A stretch of 59,008 nucleotides of DNA, taken from contig JBAXUY010000005.1 of NCBI GenBank assembly GCA_037129475.1, positions 1-59,008 on the forward strand, given 5' to 3'. Positions 52,118-59,008 of the stretch are shown here, in pieces. A program made the position numbers and the translations under genes. How positions within the stretch are numbered: the stretch's first letter is position 1; each line of letters opens with the position of its first letter. Origin of the DNA: Planctomycetia bacterium (GTDB lineage Bacteria; Planctomycetota; Planctomycetia; Pirellulales; UBA1268). A model generated the notes under the pieces. The model did not search any database, had not been told where the DNA came from, and worked only from the letters and a program-made list of their open reading frames with translations.

Positions 52118-53200
52118 ATGCCCGATTCACGCGAGCCAGGTGCGTTGCCGGTCCCTCGCCAGGCCTGTCTGGGCCTGGCGAGGGCCGTGCTCGCCGATGA
52201 CGACGACGCCGCCCGTTGGCGGGCGTTCGTCGCTGACGACGCCACGGTGTCGGCGTGGCTATCCGAGATCGGCCCGGCCGACGCGCCGGGGGTCTGGCCG
52301 GCGCAGGGGCCGTCACGTTTTCTGCTGCATCGCTTGGCCGATGATCTCGTCGTGGGGGCTCCGCCTGCGGGTGCACGCGGGGCGGCCGCGTCGATCGTGG
52401 CGGGGCCGTCGGCGGAGGCGCTGGTCCTCGTCGAGTCGATCGAGCGAATGCGCTCGTTCGCGCGGCTGGCCGGCCATTTTGGCGAGTCGCTTCAGGCGGC
52501 CCGGCTCGAGGCGGCCCGCGAGTTGGCCTACGGGGCCGGGCACGAGATCAACAATCCGCTTGCGAACATCGCCACTCGCGCGCAATCGCTCCTGCTCGAG
52601 GAACGCGATGCCGAGCGGCGACGGCGTCTGGCCACGATCGTCGACCAGTCGTTTCGGGCGCGCGACATGATCGGCGGCCTGATGCTTTTCGCCCGGCCGC
52701 CGAAGCCGGCTCCCGACGAGATCGGGGTCGGCGCGCTGATCGACGCGGTGGCGGAAGCGGTGGGGCCCCTGGCTGGCGCGCGGGGGGTGCGGATGGAGTC
52801 GCGGCCCGGCTCCGAGCAGGTGACGGTGATCGTCGATCGCGGCCAGATTGAAGAGGCGTTGCGGGCGCTCGTGACGAACGCCGTGGAGGCGGCAGCGGAC
52901 GGCGGCAGCGTCGTTATCGCCGCCGAGCCGGTCGCCGGCGATCCGGCGTGGTGTGAGATCACCGTCGTCGACGACGGGGCCGGCATGGATGACGCGACCA
53001 TCCGTCGGGCCTTCGATCCGTTTTTCTGCGGTCGCGAGGCGGGCCGGGGCGCCGGGCTCGGTCTGTCGAAGGCGTGGCGGTTCATCGAGGCGAGTGGAGG
53101 GAGCGTGACGCTCTCGTCGCGGGTGGGGGCGGGCACGACCGCAGCCGTGCGGTTGCCGCGAGGCACGGCCCGCAAGGTCACCCCGAACCCCCCTGTCTGA
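52118..53200 (+). CDS. Cytoplasmic histidine kinase
   Basis: The H-box is AYGAGHEINNPLANI. The N/G boxes are LVTNAVEAA, VVDDGAGMD and GAGLGLSKA. There is no obvious TM segment. The start is uncertain (52118 ATG or an upstream GTG). Confidence 0.8.
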   Translation: MPDSREPGALPVPRQACLGLARAVLADDDDAARWRAFVADDATVSAWLSEIGPADAPGVWPAQGPSRFLLHRLADDLVVGAPPAGARGAAASIVAGPSAEALVLVESIERMRSFARLAGHFGESLQAARLEAARELAYGAGHEINNPLANIATRAQSLLLEERDAERRRRLATIVDQSFRARDMIGGLMLFARPPKPAPDEIGVGALIDAVAEAVGPLAGARGVRMESRPGSEQVTVIVDRGQIEEALRALVTNAVEAAADGGSVVIAAEPVAGDPAWCEITVVDDGAGMDDATIRRAFDPFFCGREAGRGAGLGLSKAWRFIEASGGSVTLSSRVGAGTTAAVRLPRGTARKVTPNPPV

Positions 53201-53310
53201 CATGCCCCCGGATTCGCCCCGTGTTGCCCTTGTCGGTGTTTCCGGCTTTCTCTATTCTCCGCCAACTGGCTTGGTTTCGGGCTCACGGTTGAAGCCCGTT
53301 CGCTTGGAGC

Positions 53311-55521
53311 ATGGATGCCCCTATGAGCTACGAAGGATCGTCCGTTCAGGGACGGACGCGGGTGCCCGCATGCCGGTCGGGCGAAGGTGATCTCGGCACG
53401 GGCGTGGGGGCGATCCCGACGCCCGGAATGGTGCGGGCTGGCATGGCCCGTGCACGCGACCGCCGAGCCGTGGTGCGCGACGTGTTGCAGTTGCACGACG
53501 CGCCAGTCCTGGAGGCGGAGGCCGAGCGGGAAGCCGATGTCGCGTCGGATGCCGCGATCCGCACGAGCCATTGGCTTGCTGAACGGCAGGCGATCGATGG
53601 CCACTGGCGCGGGCCGCTCGAGGGCGACACGATTCTCGAGAGCGAATACCTGCTGATTCTGGCCTGGGCGGGCCGCATGGCCGATCCGCACGCGCCGGGC
53701 GCGTGCCGGCGCATCCTCGCCGAGCAACTCCCGTCGGGTGGATGGGCCATCCATCCGGGCGGCCCTGTCGACGTGAGTGCGAGCGTCAAGGCGTATCTGG
53801 CGCTCAAGATCTTCGGGCACGACGCAGAGAGCGAGCCGCTCGTGCGCGCCCGAGCCGCGATCGCCGCCGCCGGCGGGCCGTGGGCCGTCAACAGCTTCAC
53901 GAAGTTCTACCTCGCGCTGCTCGGGCAGGTGCCGTATTCCGCCTGCCCCGCGGTGCCACCCGAGATGGTTCTCCTGCCGCGCTGGTTTCCCGTGAACCTC
54001 GACCGCGTCTCGGCGTGGTCTCGCACCATGATCGTGCCCCTGTCGCTGATGTGGTCGTTCAAGCCGGTGCGGATGCTGCCGGCGAGCCAGGGAATCGAGG
54101 AGCTGTTTTCCTCTGGTGATCGCGGGCGATGCCCGCCGCCAGCCACCGCCGGCGATCGTTGGGCGCGGTTCTTTCGCGGCGTGGATTCGTTCGTGAAGAC
54201 ATGCGAGTCGATCGGGCTCCGTCCGCTCCGAAGCCGGGCCGTGATGGCCTGCCGCCGCTGGATGCTCGAGCGGTTCACCGACAGCGACGGGCTCGGCGCG
54301 ATCTTTCCGCCGATCGTATGGAGCATCGTGGCGCTCAAAACGCTGGGCTGCGACGACGACTCCCCCGAGGTGCTGGAGTGCTGGCGGCAACTCGAGCGGC
54401 TGGTCGAGCCGCAGCCCGATGGCACCACGCGAATCGAGCCCTGCCGCTCGCCGGTGTGGGATACCGCGATCTGCGTACGAGCACTCTCCGATGCGCTCGT
54501 GGCGGCCGGATCCGGTGCGGAGCCGAGTCGCGATCTGGATCCGACACGGCTCGTCGCAGCCGTCGAATGGCTCCTGGATCGTGAGGTGCGCTCGGCTGGA
54601 GACTGGGTCCAATCGGCCGGCAAGGCGGCGCCATCGGGGTGGTCTTTCCAGTACGCCAACCGGTTCTATCCCGACGTGGATGACACGGCGATGGTGCTGA
54701 TCGCCCTCGCCACCTGGCGGTGTGCGTTCGGCGCGCAGCAGGCCCGGAGTCCTGCCGGCTCACGGCGGCTCGGGCGAATCGACGACGCCGTGGGGCGGGC
54801 TGTGTCCTGGCTCGAAGCGATGCAGAATTCCGACGGCGGCTGGGGTGCGTTTGATCGCGACAACGACTGCGAGTTGCTCTGCAGGGTGCCCTTCGCCGAC
54901 CACAACGCGATGATCGATCCCAGTTCGCCCGATCTTGCCGGCCGGGTGCTCGAGGCGTTCGGAAAACTCGGCCTTCGCTGCGGCCATCCGGCCGTGGATC
55001 GTGGCGTGGCGTATCTCCGCCGGGCCCAGCGGCCCGACGGTTCGTGGTTCGGCCGATGGGGCGTGAACTACGTGTACGGCACGTGGCAGGCCATCGAGGG
55101 CCTGCGGGCCGTGGGGCTGGCGGTGGACGATCCGGCCATCTCGTGCGGCGCCGACTGGCTCGCCAGCCATCAACAACCCTGCGGCGGCTGGGGTGAGACC
55201 TGCGACAGCTACGCGGACGAGCGGCTCGCCGGTGTGGGTACGCCAACCGCGTCGCAGACCGCGTGGGCGGTCGCCGGGCTCGTGGCGGCCGGGCGGGCGC
55301 ACGGCCGGGAGGCCCGGCGCGGCGTGCAGTGGCTCGTGACGCGGCAGGCCGAAGACGGCGGCTGGGAAGAAAAGGAATTCACAGGCACCGGTTTTCCGAA
55401 GGTCTTCTACCTGCGGTATCACTACTACCCGATCTATTTTCCGCTGATGGCCCTCGGCCGCTGGTCTCTCGCGAGACGGGCCGGTGCGGACGGCGGCATC
55501 CTCCGGGAGCGCGTGGCATGA
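53311..55521 (+). CDS. shc: Squalene-hopene cyclase
   Basis: It has the catalytic motif YPDVDDTAMVL (DxDDTA) and multiple QW repeats (QAIDGHWRG, QLPSGGWA, MQNSDGGWGAF, AQRPDGSWFGRWG, HQQPCGGWGE, RQAEDGGWEE). The C-terminus is GFPKVFYLRYHYYPIYFPLMAL. The true start is probably internal (e.g. MVRAGM at 53428). Confidence 0.9.
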   Translation: MDAPMSYEGSSVQGRTRVPACRSGEGDLGTGVGAIPTPGMVRAGMARARDRRAVVRDVLQLHDAPVLEAEAEREADVASDAAIRTSHWLAERQAIDGHWRGPLEGDTILESEYLLILAWAGRMADPHAPGACRRILAEQLPSGGWAIHPGGPVDVSASVKAYLALKIFGHDAESEPLVRARAAIAAAGGPWAVNSFTKFYLALLGQVPYSACPAVPPEMVLLPRWFPVNLDRVSAWSRTMIVPLSLMWSFKPVRMLPASQGIEELFSSGDRGRCPPPATAGDRWARFFRGVDSFVKTCESIGLRPLRSRAVMACRRWMLERFTDSDGLGAIFPPIVWSIVALKTLGCDDDSPEVLECWRQLERLVEPQPDGTTRIEPCRSPVWDTAICVRALSDALVAAGSGAEPSRDLDPTRLVAAVEWLLDREVRSAGDWVQSAGKAAPSGWSFQYANRFYPDVDDTAMVLIALATWRCAFGAQQARSPAGSRRLGRIDDAVGRAVSWLEAMQNSDGGWGAFDRDNDCELLCRVPFADHNAMIDPSSPDLAGRVLEAFGKLGLRCGHPAVDRGVAYLRRAQRPDGSWFGRWGVNYVYGTWQAIEGLRAVGLAVDDPAISCGADWLASHQQPCGGWGETCDSYADERLAGVGTPTASQTAWAVAGLVAAGRAHGREARRGVQWLVTRQAEDGGWEEKEFTGTGFPKVFYLRYHYYPIYFPLMALGRWSLARRAGADGGILRERVA

Positions 55522-56633
55522 GCGTTCCTGTCGGCCAAATGATCGCAGTGCTGCGGCACGTGGCCGTGCAGCGGCTGCGGGGCAACCATCGCTACCCGCT
55601 CGTGCTCATGCTCGAGCCGCTGTTTCGCTGCAATCTCGCCTGCGGCGGCTGCGGCAAGATCCAGCATCCGACGGAAATTCTGCGCTCGCACCTCACGCCC
55701 GAGCAGTGCTTCGTGGCGGTGGACGAGTGCGATGCGCCGATCGTGTCGATCCCGGGGGGCGAGCCGCTGCTGCATCCGCAGATCGAGCAGATCGTGGCGG
55801 GCATCGTGGCACGGAAGAAGTATCTCTACCTCTGCACGAACGCCCTCAAGCTCGAGGAAATGCTCCCGCATTTCACGCCATCGCCGTACTTCGCCTTCTC
55901 GGTGCATCTCGACGGCCCGCGTGAAGAGCACGACCATGCCGTGTGCCGTGAGGGTGTGTACGACACGGCCGTCGCCGCGATTCGTGCGGCTCGCAAGGCG
56001 GGCTTTCGCGTCACCACGAATTCGACGCTCTTTTCCGACGCCGATCCTGCCCGCTATCGGCGGTTCTTCGACGAGGTGATGGCGCTGGGCGTCGAGGGCA
56101 TGATGATCTCGCCCGGCTATTCCTATGCGAAGGCTCCCGACCAGGAGCATTTTCTGCTTCGGCAACGGAGCCAGTCGCTCTTCCAGCGGATCCTGGCCGA
56201 CGCTCCGGCCCGCTGGAAGTTCAACCAGTCGCCGGTCTTTCTCGAGTTCCTCAAAGGGGCGTGGGACCTGGAGTGCCGCCCATGGGGCACGCCGACCTAC
56301 AACCTGTTCGGCTGGCAACGCCCCTGCTACCTGCTCGATGAAGGCTATGTGAAGACGTTCCGCGAACTGATGGAGACGACCGACTGGGACGCCTACGGGC
56401 GGTCCAGTGGCAACCCCAAGTGCCAGGATTGCATGGTGCATTGCGGGTATGAGCCCGCCGCGGTGGAAGCGACGTTTGGTTCGCTCGGCGGCCTGCTGGC
56501 GACGGCCCGACTCGTGCTCTTCGGGGCGCCGCGGCGAAGGCTGGCCGATGCTCCGCCGCCATCCCCTGCCCCGGCACTGCGGCTTCAGTCGAACGGGCTG
56601 CCTGCGCTGCCGGTCATCGACCGGGTGGCCTAG
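55518..56633 (+). CDS. hpnH: Adenosyl-hopene transferase (radical SAM)
   Basis: RYPLVLMLEPLFRCNLACGGCGKIQHP, IVSIPGGEPLLHP, ...FSVHLDGPREEHD... and ...NPKCQDCMVHCGYEP fit HpnH. The start overlaps the shc stop (ATGA). Confidence 0.9.
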   Translation: MSVPVGQMIAVLRHVAVQRLRGNHRYPLVLMLEPLFRCNLACGGCGKIQHPTEILRSHLTPEQCFVAVDECDAPIVSIPGGEPLLHPQIEQIVAGIVARKKYLYLCTNALKLEEMLPHFTPSPYFAFSVHLDGPREEHDHAVCREGVYDTAVAAIRAARKAGFRVTTNSTLFSDADPARYRRFFDEVMALGVEGMMISPGYSYAKAPDQEHFLLRQRSQSLFQRILADAPARWKFNQSPVFLEFLKGAWDLECRPWGTPTYNLFGWQRPCYLLDEGYVKTFRELMETTDWDAYGRSSGNPKCQDCMVHCGYEPAAVEATFGSLGGLLATARLVLFGAPRRRLADAPPPSPAPALRLQSNGLPALPVIDRVA

Positions 56634-56640
56634 CAGGCTG

Positions 56641-57672
56641 TCAGCCGCGGACGATGCGAACCGCTTCGAGGGCCGCGCCCCTGGCCCCGGCCGTGTCGCC
56701 GTTGGGGATCACGTGCAGCCCGATGGTTGCCTGCTCGGCGCGTTGCGGCGGCATGCCGGCCCGGACTTCGTCGAGGAACCACCGCTGGAACTCCGGTGAT
56801 GCCTCGAGCGCGCCTCCGCCGACGATGAGTGCGTCGGGATCGAACACGTTGATCATCTCGTCGAAGAAGAGCCCGAGGGCCCGCGCCTGCACCTGGAAGA
56901 TGGCGCGGCACACGGAGTCGCCCGCGATGGCGAGCCCCCGCACCTGCTTCGCCGCGTCGGCGGGATCGAGACCGGCCAGTGGATGACCGGGATTTCGGGC
57001 CAGGAAAAACGGCAGGAGCGTGCGGCGGATCGCCGTGAGCGAGCAGAGCGACTCGAGGTCGCCCGTCCGGCCGCAATTGCACTGCGGCACGATGCCCTCG
57101 ATGCCGGGAATTGCCTGCCAGGGGATGAGCACGTGCCCCAATTCGCCGCCGAAGCCGTTGCGGCCCGTGACCACCCGCCCTTCGGTGATGACGCCGCCTC
57201 CGAGCCCCGTGCCGATGATCGCCGACAGGCTCGTGGCCCGGTTGTCGGACCCGAAGATCGACACGTGCCCCCAGAGGGCGGCGGCGTTGCCGTCGTTGAG
57301 GTAGACCACGGGCTTGCCGAGCCTTCGTTCCACACCGCCGCGGATGTCGAAGCCGGCCCAGGCGGGGTGCACGAAGTTCGTCGATCCGCGACTGCTCAAC
57401 ACGCCGGCCGCAGTGGCTGGCCCCGGGGTATCGAGCCCGACGGCGACGACCTGGGCGAGGTCGACGCGAGCGCGGTCCGCCGCCAGCGCGAGCCCGTCGG
57501 CGATCTGGGCGAGGCAGACATCCGGGCCGTCGACGCTCCGTGCGGGATGCTCGCACAGCCCGTCGATGCGGAAGTGCCCGGACTCGTCGAGAAACGTGTA
57601 ATTGATCGCCGTGCCGCCGAGGTCGATCCCCGCGACCAATCGCATCGCCATCATGGCATCCCCCCGGTACAC
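56641..57672 (-). CDS. ROK-family sugar kinase (glucokinase-like)
   Basis: LVAGIDLGGTAINY, ...VYLNDGNAAALWG..., and ...GTGLGGGVI...GELGHV...CNCGRTGDLESL (the ROK Zn motif). The GTG start is at 57672, or ATGs at 57645-57654. Confidence 0.85.
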   Translation of the reverse strand: MYRGDAMMAMRLVAGIDLGGTAINYTFLDESGHFRIDGLCEHPARSVDGPDVCLAQIADGLALAADRARVDLAQVVAVGLDTPGPATAAGVLSSRGSTNFVHPAWAGFDIRGGVERRLGKPVVYLNDGNAAALWGHVSIFGSDNRATSLSAIIGTGLGGGVITEGRVVTGRNGFGGELGHVLIPWQAIPGIEGIVPQCNCGRTGDLESLCSLTAIRRTLLPFFLARNPGHPLAGLDPADAAKQVRGLAIAGDSVCRAIFQVQARALGLFFDEMINVFDPDALIVGGGALEASPEFQRWFLDEVRAGMPPQRAEQATIGLHVIPNGDTAGARGAALEAVRIVRG

Positions 57673-57673
57673 G

Positions 57674-58117
57674 TCATGAAGCGCCGGCCTCGGCGCGTTC
57701 GAGCAGTCCCTTGCGGACGCGGCTCGTGATCGCGTGCAGCCCGCGGGCCCGCATCATACCAAGCACGTCGGCAAGCCCCATGCGCTCCAAAATGTCGTCG
57801 CGGAGCGCCGCAGCCTCGGCCAGCGGCCGGCCGGCGACCGCTTCGGCGAGGATCGCCACGAAGCCCTTCACGGTGGGGGCCTCGGGAGCCACCTCGGCCA
57901 CGAGCCGCGCGGCACCGTCGTCGGCTTCCATCCAGAGGAACACCGGCGTCTGGCACTCGTGCACCCGCCGGTCCTCCGCCGCCTTTCGCGCCTCGTACTC
58001 GGCCGTCAGCGGCGGCAGGCCATTCGCGAAATCGACCAGCAACTCGAGCTTTTCCCGACCGTCGAGATCGGCGAACTCTGCGATGATCGCGTCGAGGCGT
58101 TCCTGAACGCTGGGCAT
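57674..58117 (-). CDS. sufE: SufE-family sulfur acceptor protein
   Basis: ...REKLELLVDFANGLPPL...RVHECQTPVFLWME...VKGFVAILAEAVAGRP contains the SufE active-site Cys context. The start is set at MPSVQERL to avoid a 38-nt overlap with the upstream gene. Confidence 0.8.
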   Translation of the reverse strand: MPSVQERLDAIIAEFADLDGREKLELLVDFANGLPPLTAEYEARKAAEDRRVHECQTPVFLWMEADDGAARLVAEVAPEAPTVKGFVAILAEAVAGRPLAEAAALRDDILERMGLADVLGMMRARGLHAITSRVRKGLLERAEAGAS

Positions 58118-58130
58118 GGGTGCGATGGAT

Positions 58131-59008
58131 TCAGGCGGAGACGGCGGCGTAGTGGCCCGGCTCGGCACCCTTCGCGATCGGCACGCGTACGCAGTTGCCC
58201 CATTCGAGCCACGAACCGTCGTAGTTCTTCACGTTGCCGAAGCCGAGCAGGTAGGTGAGCACGAACCAGGTCAGGCTCGATCGCTCGCCGATCCTGCAGT
58301 AGGCGATCGTCGGCGACCGTCGCTTCATCTTCAGTTCCTTGACATAGAGCTTCTCGAGCTCCTTCACCGACTTGAACGTGCCGTCGTCGTTGCAGTTCAT
58401 CGGCCAGGGCACGTTCACTGCCCCGGGCACGTGCCCGCCACGGCAGGCACCTTCGTTCGGGTAATCGGGCATGTGCATCCGCTCGCCGCGATACTCTTCG
58501 GGGCTGCGGACGTCGAGCAATTGCTTGCCGGCCTTGCAGTGCTTGAGCACTTCGTCGCGCAGGGCGCGGATCGAGCCGTCCTGTTCGGAGGCCGTGTAGT
58601 GGGCCCGAGGGCAGCTGACCCGATCGCTGGACCACGGCCGGCCGTCGAGTTCCCAGCGCTTGCGGCCGCCGTTCATGATCCGGCAGTCTTTGTGGCCGTA
58701 GAGCTTGAACACCCAGAAGGCATAGCACGCCCACCAGTTGCTCTTGTCGCCATAAAAAACGACGGTCGTGTCGTTGGAAATGCCCCGTTCGGCACACAAT
58801 TTCTCGAAGGCGGCCTTGTCGATATAGTCGCGGCAGGTGGGGTCCTGGAGGTCGGTGATCCAGTCGATCTCGACCGCCCCGGGGACGTGTCCCTGCACGT
58901 AGAGTGCCCTGTCCTCGTCGGACTCCACGATCCGCACGTTCGGGTCGTGCAAGTGTCCGGCCACCCATTCGGTGGAAACCAGCACGTCGGGATGGGCGTA
59001 CTCAGCCA
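58131..59008 (-). CDS. Thiosulfate sulfurtransferase (tandem rhodanese); the start is at or just beyond the window edge
   Basis: ...[25 protein letters not shown]... and the active-site loop [11 protein letters not shown]. The frame stays open upstream of the GTG at 58985 (..[12 protein letters not shown]..), so the true start is probably outside the window. Confidence 0.85.
   Translation of the reverse strand, partial: AEYAHPDVLVSTEWVAGHLHDPNVRIVESDEDRALYVQGHVPGAVEIDWITDLQDPTCRDYIDKAAFEKLCAERGISNDTTVVFYGDKSNWWACYAFWVFKLYGHKDCRIMNGGRKRWELDGRPWSSDRVSCPRAHYTASEQDGSIRALRDEVLKHCKAGKQLLDVRSPEEYRGERMHMPDYPNEGACRGGHVPGAVNVPWPMNCNDDGTFKSVKELEKLYVKELKMKRRSPTIAYCRIGERSSLTWFVLTYLLGFGNVKNYDGSWLEWGNCVRVPIAKGAEPGHYAAVSA

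Noticed and set aside
52528-54612. 694-aa minus-strand ORF; likewise 28726-30357, 9624-11411, 42055-43428, 6064-6834, 13182-14072, 15777-17186 and 49563-50711
   Set aside because: All are antisense or out-of-frame shadows of genes with recognisable domains (HK/SHC, OMP, TlpA, PP2C and others). They have an Arg/Pro/Gly-dominated composition.

Overview
This is a high-GC bacterial chromosomal segment, about two-thirds G+C by eye. All calls come from reading the ORF translations and the DNA; no searches were run. The gene content looks planctomycete-like: two PEP-CTERM proteins, an arylsulfatase, a BON protein with a Gly/Met-rich tail, ExbB-ExbD followed by a squalene-cyclase-repeat protein, an RRM RNA-binding protein, shc-hpnH hopanoid genes, and a tRNA-Ile/tRNA-Ala pair with no rRNA nearby. 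I can support about 55 protein genes, 3 tRNAs, several decayed gene fragments and a few repeat or regulatory candidates.

Housekeeping genes include uvrB (partial), nadC, rpsU, typA, two tatA-like genes, rpsR, queE/queC/queF, sufE and a rhodanese (partial).

The stand-out feature is a more AT-rich island of about 7.7 kb (about 17.8-25.5 kb). It lies between an intact tRNA-Val and a decayed copy of that tRNA's 3' half plus downstream sequence. It has no integrase. It carries a tightly coupled three-gene operon:
- a TerB-like repeat / PH-like / HNH nuclease;
- a 1247-aa Mrr-type nuclease plus DEAH SF2 helicase, ending in eight tandem ~73-aa repeats I cannot assign to a named domain;
- an EEP-family nuclease/phosphatase.

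I consider this operon the best candidate for an undescribed defence or DNA-surveillance system.

Secondary points of interest:
- a cNMP-gated MscS channel coupled to a class-II cyclic-nucleotide phosphodiesterase;
- a CphA2-like cyanophycin synthetase homologue with a decayed Mur-ligase domain, next to an IS3 OrfA relic;
- a DUF116-polyprenyl synthase fusion overlapping a chorismate-lyase-like gene;
- an HTH-REC response regulator and kinase directly upstream of shc-hpnH;
- an ExbBD module whose third gene has a TonB-like layout but a terpenoid-cyclase-repeat C-terminal domain.
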